A stretch of 64,000 nucleotides of DNA from Spirochaetota bacterium. Its GTDB lineage: Bacteria; Spirochaetota; UBA4802; UBA5550. Where the stretch lies: assembly GCA_963664815.2 (NCBI GenBank), contig CAXXHB010000003.1, forward strand, positions 1,600,001 to 1,664,000, written 5' to 3'. The stretch's first letter is position 1; each line of letters begins with the position of its first letter. Under the pieces are notes generated by a model that was not told the origin of the DNA, searched no databases, and saw nothing but the letters and a program-made list of their open reading frames with translations. A program made the translations under genes and the position numbers. Shown here piece by piece: positions 18,836 to 30,400 of the stretch.

Positions 18836-20533
18836 ATGCAGGATCTTCTTGAGGTAATAAAAAATGAATACAAAGCCGGATACAGGGCAGGTGTTGATGA
18901 ATTTTCTGATTTATTCTGGGACAGCGATGAGGAGAACAATCTCCATAATACTCATTTCCGGGTATTCAGAAAACAGATAGATTCAATTACTGAATCCCTT
19001 TTTAATAAAAAGAGTGTAGTGGTTTACTGTGACAGAAACCTTTCAAGACATATAGGCAGATGTCTGCGTGACAGGATAAAAGAGAAAAGCCGCATTTATG
19101 GCGGGGATAGCAGGCTCAACCCGATTGAATGCGGATTTCTAGAATATAACAGCAGCGCGAAAACAACATCTACAAGGGTAAGAGAATTTCTCATATCGGA
19201 GAAAATAGGTGCCGGCGAAACATGGATTGTATATAATTTTGACCTGATTTCAGTAAAAAATATCGGCGATTCATCTATTGATATAGATTTGTGTTTTAAT
19301 TTTCTTGAAAAAAAAAATCAGGGAGCCAAGCTTGTAGTATTTGTTGACCCGGATATTTGTACCCTTCCGAAATATTTTGAAAAACATTTTGATACGGTTT
19401 ATATTAATGGAATTTCATCCCCGGCATCTCTTCTCCCTGTGTTTACTTTTAAAGAGTTCCAGAAGATTGCATCAATAGAAAAAGGCAAATCATGGGATGA
19501 CGTTGAAATAGAAGACATTAATATTAACCCGGAGGTTCTATACCAGCTTTATAACTACCTTTCAGCATTTTCACCTGAAGAGATAAGGGTGATCCTTAAA
19601 ATGGAAAGGAAACCCGATGAAAGCTTTGTCGATTCGGTTAAAAGAAACAGAAACAGGTATCTCCATGATGTTATGGATCTTTATTCCGTAAGCAAGGATT
19701 TTAAAATCGAGGTTCCGTGGCTGAAAAAGGAAAAAGATCAGATTATAAATCTTATAAACTATTCACAGGTAAAGGTTCATGCAAATCCTCATAAAAAGAT
19801 AAGGGGTATAATCCTTTATGGCCCGCCGGGCAACTCAAAAACCACACTCATCAAGAGTATATGCCAGGATATAAATACAAACTATATTATAGTCAGTGCA
19901 TCTGATATAAAGAGCAGATATTTAGGCGATTCAGAGAAAGCTGTTAAGGATCTTTTCAGGAAAGCCGCCCAGGCTGCACCATGTATTCTTGTATTTGATG
20001 AGATGGAAGCGCTTTTCTTAAGCAGGGATATTCAGATGAGCAATCCATCAGGGGGTATGCTAGGGATTGTGAGCACGCTCCTTCAGGAGATGGACTCTAT
20101 TCAGAGCAGCGTTAATGTTTTTGTTATAGGAACTACCAATAAACTTGAAATGCTCGATAAAGCATTTCTCAGACCGGGAAGATTTGACCGGATAATGAAG
20201 ATAGACCATCCCCGGAGAAGTGATATCCCGGTGATTGTCGATTCGCTGCTGAGGATATACCTCGACGGAGGGGACCCGGAGGATACCGGCAGAATTTCTG
20301 AAAACCTTGTTAAAGTAATCCAGGCAAGGTGTACCGAAGCTGAATTGAAAAAAAAAGCAGCGTTTTCTATTGCTGATATTTCCCATATTATAAGAATGCT
20401 TGATATTGAACGTTTTAACGGTAATAAAGAAGAGATCATCAAACTTGTTTCTGCAATAGTTTATGACATTGATGAGGTCAGGGCTGATACGGTGTCATCA
20501 AAAACCGGCAGACCGGATGACAGCGTTTTTTAA
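18836..20533 (+). CDS. AAA+ ATPase, CDC48/FtsH-clade, no protease domain
   Basis: GIILYGPPGNSKT (variant Walker A), YLGDSE, LVFDEME, GTTNK, LRPGRFD; long N-terminal domain; no HEXXH or TM. Confidence 0.9.
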   Translation: MQDLLEVIKNEYKAGYRAGVDEFSDLFWDSDEENNLHNTHFRVFRKQIDSITESLFNKKSVVVYCDRNLSRHIGRCLRDRIKEKSRIYGGDSRLNPIECGFLEYNSSAKTTSTRVREFLISEKIGAGETWIVYNFDLISVKNIGDSSIDIDLCFNFLEKKNQGAKLVVFVDPDICTLPKYFEKHFDTVYINGISSPASLLPVFTFKEFQKIASIEKGKSWDDVEIEDININPEVLYQLYNYLSAFSPEEIRVILKMERKPDESFVDSVKRNRNRYLHDVMDLYSVSKDFKIEVPWLKKEKDQIINLINYSQVKVHANPHKKIRGIILYGPPGNSKTTLIKSICQDINTNYIIVSASDIKSRYLGDSEKAVKDLFRKAAQAAPCILVFDEMEALFLSRDIQMSNPSGGMLGIVSTLLQEMDSIQSSVNVFVIGTTNKLEMLDKAFLRPGRFDRIMKIDHPRRSDIPVIVDSLLRIYLDGGDPEDTGRISENLVKVIQARCTEAELKKKAAFSIADISHIIRMLDIERFNGNKEEIIKLVSAIVYDIDEVRADTVSSKTGRPDDSVF

Positions 20534-20548
20534 AAAGGAGGATTTTGT

Positions 20549-20854
20549 ATGATAAATCAGGATGCAAAGATAGTTTTCAGTATAAAGGGTTTTAATGAAA
20601 CCGGAAAGCTGGATGACCGGGAATTTTCAATCGAAGTGGATATTGATTGTGAATTAAAACATAAAGAGGGTATGCCAGATGCTGAACATGGGAATATGCA
20701 TGATCTGATTGTAAGTTATGTAAAAGACTTCATTATGGAGCCCGGGCCCGGGCCGTACCAGCGTCGTTCGCTTGATGTACATGACAGAGATAGTAAAGAG
20801 GCGGAGAAAATAAGCCAGCCGGATGTTTTACGGGTAGAAGTAACAGAGCAATAA
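20549..20854 (+). CDS. Small hypothetical protein between AAA+ and MoxR
   Basis: AGGAGG RBS; acidic; MPDAEHGNMHD His motif. Confidence 0.8.
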   Translation: MINQDAKIVFSIKGFNETGKLDDREFSIEVDIDCELKHKEGMPDAEHGNMHDLIVSYVKDFIMEPGPGPYQRRSLDVHDRDSKEAEKISQPDVLRVEVTEQ

Positions 20855-20870
20855 AAGACAGAGGTAATAT

Positions 20871-22112
20871 ATGAATCAGAGACTATCACAGAAGAAATTT
20901 AAAGAGGACCTACATAATAATATTACCGGAGGGGTTCTGGACCGGATAAAAAATATCAGAATGGAGATGAGGCAGCATTTCTGGGGGAGCAGATACGAAG
21001 AAATTATTGATAATATTATAATTGCAGCAATGGCCGGTCAGCCGATCCTCCTGATCGGGAAACCGGGAGTTGCTAAATCTCTTATAATGACAACCTTTTT
21101 TTCTCTCTTAGGACTTAATAAAACATATCAGGACGAAAAAGGGGAATCCCTGCCAGGGGCCAAGTATTTTCAATATCTTCTTCATAGCTTTACAATGCCG
21201 GATGAAATTCTTGGAGTAATCAAGATAGGAAAGTTTTTAGAGGAGAGCAAATTTGTAAGGGAGAGAGAGGGTTCCCTGAATGATCAATATGTGAAAGCCG
21301 CGTTTCTTGATGAAGTTTTTAATGCCAATTCTACCATACTGAATATGCTTCTTAGCATAATTAATGAGAAGGAGTTTTATGAAGGGGGGGTAGCTCACAG
21401 GAGCAACCTGTTTATAATTGCCGGTGCCGCTAACCGGGTTCCAAGAGAGCCAGAATTACATGCTTTTTTTGACCGGTTTCCCGTAAGGCTTATTGTTGAC
21501 CTTAACCTGAGTGAAAAAGTGAGCCTTGAAGAGTATAATAGAAGGTTGTCATTATCGTCAGACACTCTGCAGGATGAGGATCAGATAGACTTTGATCAGT
21601 CAGAGGAGATTTCGTTTGATGATCCGGTCTTTTTCAGAATAATAGATCAGGGTATAGAGAATCTGAAAAGACGATCATACTCTATCAAAGGTATAAAGTA
21701 TGACAGGTATCTCACCGGAGAGAATAGTATGCCGACTGTGGAGGATTTTGAAACGGTGCATAACTATATCGTTTCACATTATTCTGCATCGGACGGGAAA
21801 ACTTTCACGGATGACGCAAAAAAAGCCATGGCAAGGCTTGTAGAGGATCTCAGCGAAACAGATACCTGTAATATTAATGGCCGAAATATTGTAAAACTCT
21901 ATATGCTTTCAGCCGCTTCTGCAATTTTCAGGGCGGCTGTTGAAGGTCCGGGTGATGATGGATTCTCTCAGCCGCAAATAACTGTTCAGGATCTTTCCGT
22001 ATTCAGGAATATATGGAATTCAGATAATAATGAAATAATATCAATGCATTTCGGGGCGGTGGATAGTATATTGAACGAATATGACAGTGATTATAAAGGT
22101 TACAATGGATAA
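20871..22112 (+). CDS. MoxR/RavA-family AAA+ ATPase
   Basis: LLIGKPGVAKS, YFQYLLHSFTMPDEILG, FLDEVFNANSTILNMLL, GAAN..P, FFDRF. Confidence 0.92.
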   Translation: MNQRLSQKKFKEDLHNNITGGVLDRIKNIRMEMRQHFWGSRYEEIIDNIIIAAMAGQPILLIGKPGVAKSLIMTTFFSLLGLNKTYQDEKGESLPGAKYFQYLLHSFTMPDEILGVIKIGKFLEESKFVREREGSLNDQYVKAAFLDEVFNANSTILNMLLSIINEKEFYEGGVAHRSNLFIIAGAANRVPREPELHAFFDRFPVRLIVDLNLSEKVSLEEYNRRLSLSSDTLQDEDQIDFDQSEEISFDDPVFFRIIDQGIENLKRRSYSIKGIKYDRYLTGENSMPTVEDFETVHNYIVSHYSASDGKTFTDDAKKAMARLVEDLSETDTCNINGRNIVKLYMLSAASAIFRAAVEGPGDDGFSQPQITVQDLSVFRNIWNSDNNEIISMHFGAVDSILNEYDSDYKGYNG

Positions 22113-23520
22113 AGAATTCATATCTGAATTATACGATTATGCCGAATTTTCTCCTATTCTGAGGGAAATAGACAGGATATATTATACTTATTCAGATTAT
22201 ATTACTGATTCGAGTTCTCTCGGGGATGATATTCTTAAAATTCATTCTATAGAACTGGAGGATGCTTTTATTGTAGTTTATTTATTTTTAGTTTTAATAC
22301 TTTTACAATTTGATCCTGCAGGAAATCTAAAATACAGATTTAAAAGAATTGCTTCCGAGTTTTCCGGAACAATATGCTTTAACTTTGCTAAAAGGCTTGA
22401 TGAGTTTACCGGTTTTTCAGCTCCATCTGTAAAGGATTTCCGAAATTTTCCGGAAATCCTACCGGCTGTAATGGGGATTCTTTTCAATCTCCGGAGTCAA
22501 ACTGATTTATCTCTTTTTGTTGAATCAATACTCAGGGAGAGGTTTTATTTTTTTTCATCTATTTATCTTGATGACAGCAAAAGGCCGATGGTTAGAGGGA
22601 TAGCTGCAAAGTTGTACTCGGCTTATATCAACGATAAAATGAGAGTGTATGAATTATTTGACGGCCCGGAAGGCAGTTACGTGAAGAAACCGGTCAGCAG
22701 GTTTAAACAGATTAATGTAAATGAATTTGATGTTTACAGTTATTACGGAAGTATGCCTATACCTTCTGAATTCTGCAGGATGAAGGCCGGTAAATATTTT
22801 AAACCGGATAAAATTCTGAAAAAACATAACAATCCTATAGCGGGTTACAAAGATGATCCATTCAGAGATATCGGGATTGTTGCAAAGTACGATTATTTAG
22901 CAGGACGGATGATAAAGCTCGGTGAGTCGTTTGATAAAATAATTGAGAGGAGTTTCAATCTCAGATTTGTCATAATACATCCTGTTGCCGGACTTTTTCA
23001 AAGAGAACTGCTTGATATTATACCTCTTGTTTTTACTCATTTTTTTTCTGAATACGTTCCTGATGTAACTTCCATAAATCTTAAAATAATCAGGGGAAAC
23101 AGCATTGATGGTTTTTCAAAATATGAAATGGAGTTTGATACCATCCCTCTCATAGACTGTTGTTTTCTTTCTGATCATTACATGAATTCCTATTTTCTTC
23201 ATAATATGAATGAGGAACCGATGGACAGGATTACTTTAAAAAAATTTTTTGAAGAAAAAAGTTATATAGTAATAAACTCTCCGGATAGCCCCGGGCTGGA
23301 GCAGAATATGATGAAAAGTCTGTTAAATCCTTTATTCTGTATGGGGAATATTGAACTGCATAATGATGATTCATTGCTGTTTAAATCTGACAATATGTAC
23401 CGGGAGGAATTGCTTAAATTTTTTGACAGTCATTCACAGTCATTCACAGCCGGTTTTTATGATATCCTTCGTCATGTGTCTTCCAGAATTATTCGTGCGG
23501 GGGAAATGGAATATGTATAA
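22105..23520 (+). CDS. Hypothetical protein, candidate degenerate vWA/ViaA-like MoxR partner
   Basis: ATG 22105 overlaps the MoxR stop (ATGGATAA); position typical of MoxR vWA partners; no DxSxS MIDAS visible. Confidence 0.7.
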   Translation: MDKEFISELYDYAEFSPILREIDRIYYTYSDYITDSSSLGDDILKIHSIELEDAFIVVYLFLVLILLQFDPAGNLKYRFKRIASEFSGTICFNFAKRLDEFTGFSAPSVKDFRNFPEILPAVMGILFNLRSQTDLSLFVESILRERFYFFSSIYLDDSKRPMVRGIAAKLYSAYINDKMRVYELFDGPEGSYVKKPVSRFKQINVNEFDVYSYYGSMPIPSEFCRMKAGKYFKPDKILKKHNNPIAGYKDDPFRDIGIVAKYDYLAGRMIKLGESFDKIIERSFNLRFVIIHPVAGLFQRELLDIIPLVFTHFFSEYVPDVTSINLKIIRGNSIDGFSKYEMEFDTIPLIDCCFLSDHYMNSYFLHNMNEEPMDRITLKKFFEEKSYIVINSPDSPGLEQNMMKSLLNPLFCMGNIELHNDDSLLFKSDNMYREELLKFFDSHSQSFTAGFYDILRHVSSRIIRAGEMEYV

Positions 23521-25378
23521 ATATTACAAAACATCTAATTTGATGTTTACATTGAGGCAGCTTGAAAGGATTCCGGTCCAGGATATATCGTATAACGAAG
23601 AGTATTCGGTGTTCAGGGTCAAGTATACAAAAAGTTTCCGGCCGTCTTTTTATCTATTGTCTTATGAAGATGGTATATACTCTTCCATGAAAATAAAATT
23701 TTCTCCTGTCGGGGAATACCACGAAATAATACACCAGGAGATAGATTTCAGTGGAAGGAAGAAATACGGATGGGACGGAGGCTCCGTGCTTATTCTTTTC
23801 AGGAAGAATAAGCACGGAAAAAATGACGATGGGATCATCAGGATTCTTGAAAAAGTTGTGGCGAAACAGGATATTATTATAAAATCGTCATTTCTTAATA
23901 ATGAGATGTGGGACTTTGGTCTGCTTATTGATAATTTGAAGGATTACCTGTTTATTAAACTGATTCATGAATCGGGTGTCGCGGACGTTTTTGAAAGATG
24001 TGATAACTATGTTTTCTTTAAGGACATGCAGGGATATTATCCGAAATGTTTCACCCCCTGGGACAGGATTATTATTCCAAGAACTGATTCTGAACTTGCA
24101 GTGCCTGACATGCTTCTGATGATGGATGGTGATTCAAAGGTAACAGGCTGCATGATTCCATCAAAAAATTTTGAAACAGTTTTTACGAATCTAAAGGTAT
24201 ATCTTGACAGGGTCTCATTTGAAAAAACAGATATTGCGGAGTCAGAAAAAATTTCGCTTACCATAAGGCAGCCGGCTTTTAAACCTGTAACTGAATTTAA
24301 ATCAGAGATAATAAAACAGATTTCATACGTAAACAGTTTAAGGGAACAGCTTAGACGGCAGGAGATAAAACTCCGGAATATGGAGTCTAATCTATCTGTT
24401 GTACAGGATCAGGTTACCACACCTGCAGGATTGCTTAAGGTTACTATACCACAAAAACCTTCCAGATTATGGCAATCGGTTTTTAATAAAATTCTGATGT
24501 CGCTTCCAGGGCGTAATTTTTCATCTCAGGTTTTCAGAAAGAAAGAATCGTATGAAATTATTGTTATGGATAATGGCTGTATAGACCCTGATATGAAAAA
24601 TCCGGATGGTGTACTGGATGGGATGACTCTTCCTGATTATAGAGAAAGCCTCTATTCGCTGGATATGAGACTTTTTAATGAAACAGGACTTTCGTTGTTT
24701 TTTCCGAAGTATGATGGATCAGGCAGACCGTTTGTTATAGGGAGATTCAATAATGATCTTGCTCCTATGCTTTTCAGATCGTTGATACAGAAGTTAAGCC
24801 GGGAACTGGACTCCGGAGAAGAACAGCAGGAGGGTATGGCGGATACTATTGAGGTGCATAATCAGACTGGTTTTATGATTATTGGTGATGAAAACAGTGA
24901 TGATGAAAGCAGAGATTATTTAACGGAAGAATATTATTATATTATAGATAGCGGTATGGATGCGGATGATCCGCTGATTCATATATCACGCTACAGCAGG
25001 CATGATCTTCTTCCATTTGATAGCTTGTGTGACAGGTTTATGATTAATGCAAATATAAAACGGATTGAATTGGATAACTCAGATCATAATGACAGGATAG
25101 AGATATTCGGTGAAGGTGATTTTATTAAGTCATTTCAGGACAGGCTATATGGCAGGGATAATGAAGCTCTATTTAATAACCTTAATGAGAGGAAAAAGAC
25201 TTTTACTGATGATAAACAGGTTTTTGAAAAATCTATCAATGACTTTATTAAAGACAGGGACAGGTTTAACAGTATTACCTCTTCAGCCGGGAAAGCATTG
25301 AAAAAGATGCAGAAAATAATAGATAACGTATCAGGGATGGAGTCGGGAAGAAAAGTGGAAGGAGATGGAAAGGAATAA
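23513..25378 (+). CDS. Hypothetical protein with coiled-coil segments (operon member)
   Basis: Start reassigned to ATG 23513, overlapping the upstream stop (ATGTATAA); heptad-like LREQLRRQEIKLRNMESNL and C-terminus. Confidence 0.78.
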   Translation: MYKYYKTSNLMFTLRQLERIPVQDISYNEEYSVFRVKYTKSFRPSFYLLSYEDGIYSSMKIKFSPVGEYHEIIHQEIDFSGRKKYGWDGGSVLILFRKNKHGKNDDGIIRILEKVVAKQDIIIKSSFLNNEMWDFGLLIDNLKDYLFIKLIHESGVADVFERCDNYVFFKDMQGYYPKCFTPWDRIIIPRTDSELAVPDMLLMMDGDSKVTGCMIPSKNFETVFTNLKVYLDRVSFEKTDIAESEKISLTIRQPAFKPVTEFKSEIIKQISYVNSLREQLRRQEIKLRNMESNLSVVQDQVTTPAGLLKVTIPQKPSRLWQSVFNKILMSLPGRNFSSQVFRKKESYEIIVMDNGCIDPDMKNPDGVLDGMTLPDYRESLYSLDMRLFNETGLSLFFPKYDGSGRPFVIGRFNNDLAPMLFRSLIQKLSRELDSGEEQQEGMADTIEVHNQTGFMIIGDENSDDESRDYLTEEYYYIIDSGMDADDPLIHISRYSRHDLLPFDSLCDRFMINANIKRIELDNSDHNDRIEIFGEGDFIKSFQDRLYGRDNEALFNNLNERKKTFTDDKQVFEKSINDFIKDRDRFNSITSSAGKALKKMQKIIDNVSGMESGRKVEGDGKE

Positions 25379-25380
25379 TT

Positions 25381-25635
25381 ATGCCTCATAGTAATGAACC
25401 GGTTTATTATGACAGAAGCCGTATCGCCTCTATGTTGGATGAAGCGGCTGAGATAACTAATGTTCTGGTCTCTGACGCTGATATTATGTTGGATCAGTTT
25501 AATAGAATAACTAATAGAAAAAAGCCGTGGTATGAGGGTAATATACAGGGAGAGGGGGAATCCGGTTTGTTTGAAAATATACTGAGTTTTATTAAAAAGA
25601 TGCTGTTTCCGGTTAAATCCGGAGGTGGAAAATAA
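25381..25635 (+). CDS. Small hypothetical protein
   Basis: AAGGA RBS; 2 bp after the previous stop; its end carries the GGAGG RBS of the next gene. Confidence 0.7.
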   Translation: MPHSNEPVYYDRSRIASMLDEAAEITNVLVSDADIMLDQFNRITNRKKPWYEGNIQGEGESGLFENILSFIKKMLFPVKSGGGK

Positions 25636-25640
25636 TAATT

Positions 25641-27416
25641 ATGTTTTTGTTAGAGAAATATACTGATAGATTATTTTATAAGGTTCTGAAGTTTTATTTT
25701 TCAGAGAGATTCAATTTTCTATCCGGGTGTGCTTCATTTATCAGATCACGCAGAAAATCTGTTATAATATCTGCAATTATTATTCTCCCTGTTTTTTTTC
25801 TGTCGTATGATATTATATTAATGAATTTTATATATCCTTTGTCACTAAACAGGATTTCTTCTGTTTTTCATCTTCTCATGATAGGGATTTCGTATGCAGT
25901 ATTTTTTATGGATATTAATCTTCATGAGAGTGTCCGGAAACGGTTAGCAGCTTTCATTGTTTTTTCACTGCTGCTTATTCTGACTCTTAACGTTGTAATT
26001 AATGAAGCAAATTCATTGCCGGGTTATTTTAATAAGGTTCTTGCAATGTTGAATTCTGTAATTCTTTTTATGATAATTGCAGTTCTTACAGGTTTCTCCG
26101 CTACCGAGAGAGCTTTTATTGAAGGACTCAATGCTTTCAGTGAGACGGTGAAATCTGATTTTACTGACGTTATTGTGAAAAAAAAATTCCCGGGGGAAAA
26201 TGGTCGTATATTCAGACTATTAGGCATAGCCGGTGATCCGGAGCCCGGGGATATGAATGCCATGAATTCTCTTGTTGAGAGAATAGAGATTATCTCTATG
26301 ATGCTTTATCTTGTTGATATAAAGATGGCAGACATTGATGACGGGTATTTTAATAAATGGAAACCAGCAGGTATCAACAATTATCTGCAGAATAAAATTT
26401 CAATCGTTAACTACCGGATTATAAAGAGGGTTGATATATCTATTGGAGAGATTATAAGTACAGATTATGTTACATCCTCATCTTTTTCTCTTGTGATGTT
26501 TATGAATTATCTTATATCGCTTCTTGGTGAATCTATTAATATTCTAACTAAATTTAACAATTATCCGGATGATATCAGAGACGGTATTTTTGAAATATCA
26601 ACTTATGCTGCACGACTGGTTGCCGCTGAGTGCATGATTTTTGCCGATGATAGAAAGCTTTTCAGTTCTACATCTGAATCAGCCGGATATTATTATAACT
26701 CAGTAGATTTAATGGTTAAAAACTGGGAGTGGATAGATTATTCCGCCGCAGACTGTATATTTTTTAGTTTTAAAGCGGGCATCCTGAATCAAAATCCATT
26801 TATCTCTATTGCTGATCTTCTTGATCCAGCGGTTGAGGATATGAAAATTCATGTTGAGAAATACAGGAGCCCTTTCAGAAACAGACTCAGTGAAGCGGCG
26901 GCGATACTGTTTTTCTATCAGCTTATGGGATTGTTAGAAAAAGATCAGCCGGCAGAATCTGCTGCTGTTTTTTCTGACTCAGATGTCAGTCATGTTTTAA
27001 AAAGATACGGTGAAACAGCCTATTCTGTTTCTTCAAATGAATATTTCAAAGGAATTTTAGATTCATTGAATGAGGTTTTAAGATTTGCAATCAGGGATGT
27101 TAATACTACTGAGGCGTATTTCTGGATGATTTTTATAAAGAATAAAGGTAAATTGTATGATCCCTGGTTCAGATCTTTTTTTATACCATTAATGACGCAT
27201 TCATCAAGATGTAATTTTCTGAAGTTCTATGCAAATACTCCCGGGAGCTACTCTTCTGACAGGGAGTACGGTCTTTCCATATTCCCGGATAACCGGTCTG
27301 ATTCTCCGGAGGCGCAGATTATCTCTGATTTTCATGAGAAAATAATTATTTTTGATGTTATCAATCAGGAAAAGGCATCCCCTCTTGAACTTGTTGACAG
27401 CCGGGTTAAGGGATGA
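25641..27416 (+). CDS. Membrane protein (~4 N-terminal TM helices + helical C-terminal domain)
   Basis: Hydrophobic segments at aa ~40-155; ATGA overlap with the next gene. Confidence 0.8.
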   Translation: MFLLEKYTDRLFYKVLKFYFSERFNFLSGCASFIRSRRKSVIISAIIILPVFFLSYDIILMNFIYPLSLNRISSVFHLLMIGISYAVFFMDINLHESVRKRLAAFIVFSLLLILTLNVVINEANSLPGYFNKVLAMLNSVILFMIIAVLTGFSATERAFIEGLNAFSETVKSDFTDVIVKKKFPGENGRIFRLLGIAGDPEPGDMNAMNSLVERIEIISMMLYLVDIKMADIDDGYFNKWKPAGINNYLQNKISIVNYRIIKRVDISIGEIISTDYVTSSSFSLVMFMNYLISLLGESINILTKFNNYPDDIRDGIFEISTYAARLVAAECMIFADDRKLFSSTSESAGYYYNSVDLMVKNWEWIDYSAADCIFFSFKAGILNQNPFISIADLLDPAVEDMKIHVEKYRSPFRNRLSEAAAILFFYQLMGLLEKDQPAESAAVFSDSDVSHVLKRYGETAYSVSSNEYFKGILDSLNEVLRFAIRDVNTTEAYFWMIFIKNKGKLYDPWFRSFFIPLMTHSSRCNFLKFYANTPGSYSSDREYGLSIFPDNRSDSPEAQIISDFHEKIIIFDVINQEKASPLELVDSRVKG

Positions 27417-30400
27417 GTATGCAGAAAAACCACAGTAATAAAAGATTTTTACCATATATGCTTATTTCCGGATTACGTATACCTTATTTGAAGATTCTTC
27501 TGTTTATTTCTCTAATTATTGTTTTAATAACAATCTCTCTCTCTTTTGCTTTGAATTTTAAAGATTCAGAAATTCATGACGGCCGTATGTTTACAAAATA
27601 TTCAGACAGAAAAATTTTTAAGTTACAGGCTGACTCTACTGATAAAGTTTACTTTACATCGAGATCCGGAGGATTTATATATAATAAGCCGGCCGGGAGT
27701 CTGAAAGAATATAATATAGGATCCTCCGGGCACTTTGCGGTTCCGGTTAAATTTTTTAAAAGCAGCAACGGACTGTTTATTCTCTGCAGTGACGGTTCTG
27801 TGTATGATGCTGATAAGAATAGTTTTTTATTGAAACATCAACCTTTATTATCTTCAGATGGCGGAGGGAAGCTTCTGTACGAGGATAGTGAATATAGATA
27901 TGTACACCTTAAAGGGGGAGGGCTGGTTGTTCAGAATAAGGGGAACGGGAGTATAACCCCTATGGATATATCGCATTATATTAAACCTGAACGGCTGAAT
28001 TCTTCTTTTAATAAAGAAAAAGAATACTTAGGATCGATACTTTTCCCCGAGGATGGACTCCTTGCTTTCCAGATTGATAATAAAAGTCCGGGTATTTATA
28101 AAGACTTTAATTCTGAAATTATAAAAAAGCTGAATCTGATATCGCCTCTGCAGATGGATAAATATTATCCAGTTGGAGAGGTTGTCAGACAGTCATCAGT
28201 AAGGCATAATGTACGGGATATAACTGAATTGAATAAGGCTAAATCTTTTATTCAGTCTCTTGTATTCAGCGACTGCCAGGACGCCAGGATAAAAAAATTT
28301 ACAACAATTGATGATACTGTAGTAATTGCAGGGAGCAGCGGTATTAGTATTTTTGCGAAAAACGGTTCTTCTCTTGAAGACAGAAATCCTTATAAAAAAT
28401 TAAATCTTGATCTGTTTAAAGATGGTTTTAATTCCGCTGTTGAAGATTTTTCTCTTGATTATAAGAACTGTTCCGGAATTGCCAGGGTTTCAAACGATAT
28501 TCTTCTTTATAATCTGCCGGGTTCTAAAGGGTGGGAAAATCTTTTTTATAATTCTGAGTTTAAGGGACTTCCCGATACCCGTTTTGCATCCTATAGTAAG
28601 GAATCAGGTATTTTTACCGCTATTTCTGATAGATCTATAGGATTATATGATATTCATAAGAGAAAGTGGATTTCAGCTCCGGTAACATACAATTCTTCTG
28701 ATAATTCAAATAATAAGGATATACTGGTAAAGGATACAACAATTTATAAAAACAGAATTTATCTGATCTGCCGTAAGGGGAGTTCGACAAATTTTCTGTT
28801 TACCGCGGATCTTTCAGAGTTTTATAAGGCTCTTTCCGGAGAGGTATCTTTTTCAACAGCTACAAAGAGCTTTTCTCTTGAAGAGGATACAGTTGTTATC
28901 CCGGGGACAGAACCGGTTTTTATAGATAAGAGGTACGGATTTTACAGATGGAATAATAATATTCTCGGGAAAAGAGGATGTAAAGATGGAAGTGCAGATA
29001 TATGCGGCGGTGATCCCGGTCAAATAAAAGAGTGTTATGAAAAAGATGGTATCCTCTATCTTCTGACAACAAGAGGTTTTTTATTTTCCTATGATTCAGG
29101 GAAAAGATCTCTAACCATGATAGAGAATGATGTAATAAAGTTTCTAAATGAAAAAGCAGAGGTTTTTCAGACCAGAGATAAGGATCAGGATTATGTAAGT
29201 ATAAAGAGTGATGAAAAAGGGGAGAAAGGGAATAAATATATAAGGCATACTCTTCTCGGAAGGATAAATGACATCTTTACGGCTAATAATTTTTTATTTG
29301 CTCTTTCGGATAATTATCTCTGGCGGTATTCATTTGAGGAAAAGAAATTTCTTTTTTTCTTTAATCCGCTTCCGAAAGAGGTTAACAGGAACGGAATATT
29401 CTGTTCATCCGGAAAGAACCTTTTTATCTTTGACCCGGTAAACGGGAAGTTGTTCAGATATGATGCGGATCTTCGTTCATGGAGTGAACGTTCATACAAT
29501 ATCACTTTTGATGAAAAGTATATTATTAATTCAGTCAGGGACATATACGTGACCGATAAGGGGATTTTGTATGTATTAATGAGCGGTTCGATTAATGGGG
29601 AATCCTGTCATAGCATTGTTGTAAGTATAGATACAAATCTGGGGAAAGCGGATTTTATTTACAGAGGTAACAATATTGAGAAACTGCCGCGCGATATTGT
29701 CAGGGCTGTGAAGGAGGGGGACACTCTCCTTATACTTACTGCAGGTGGAAAATTAATGCTCTTCTCTTCCGGCATAGGATACTGGTATACATTGAAGGAT
29801 GAAAGAGTAAAGGATTTTGCATGTTCAGGAAGCAACCTTGCAGTCCTTTCTAATGAAGGAGTGCTTAATCTATATTATATAAAGTCTGGTACAGCAGTTT
29901 TTGTAAGTGCAATAAATAATGTGAACAGACTTTTTGACTTGAAGGGTGATGAAATTATTTTTGGAAAGGGAAATTCCATTGTTACAGGGAAATATACAGG
30001 AACGGAAATACAGGATAAAAAGATTTTATTCAGCGGCGGGATCAGAAGTGATAACCCAGATGAAATAACAGTATCGGCACTGAAAGGGGAGGAGGATAAG
30101 CTTTGGCATATAAACTGCGGTGAGGATAGATTTTACTATTACAATCTTTCTGCGGGGAATATTGAGCGGTGTGGAACCTCGTCTGTATATGATACAGAAA
30201 AATATAAATTTTTTGATGGAGGTTCTGCAGTTTACAGATTTGACGGGCGAAATATTGTTACAACATATATGTTTATTGATAATGCAGTAAAAAAGTCAAA
30301 AGAAATAAAGATTGAGAATTCACGTCATCTTTCATTCCTCTCATCAGCTGATTATAAACAGACCGGTTTTCTGAATATCAGGGGAGATCACGATAAAACC

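Noticed and set aside
18836-20533. Calling this gene ftsH
   Set aside because: No TM helices and no HEXXH M41 protease domain; only the AAA+ module is similar
23351-23512. N-terminal extension of the ORF-track 675-aa protein
   Set aside because: TTG start gives a 170-bp overlap with the upstream gene; ATG 23513 coupled to the upstream stop is more plausible
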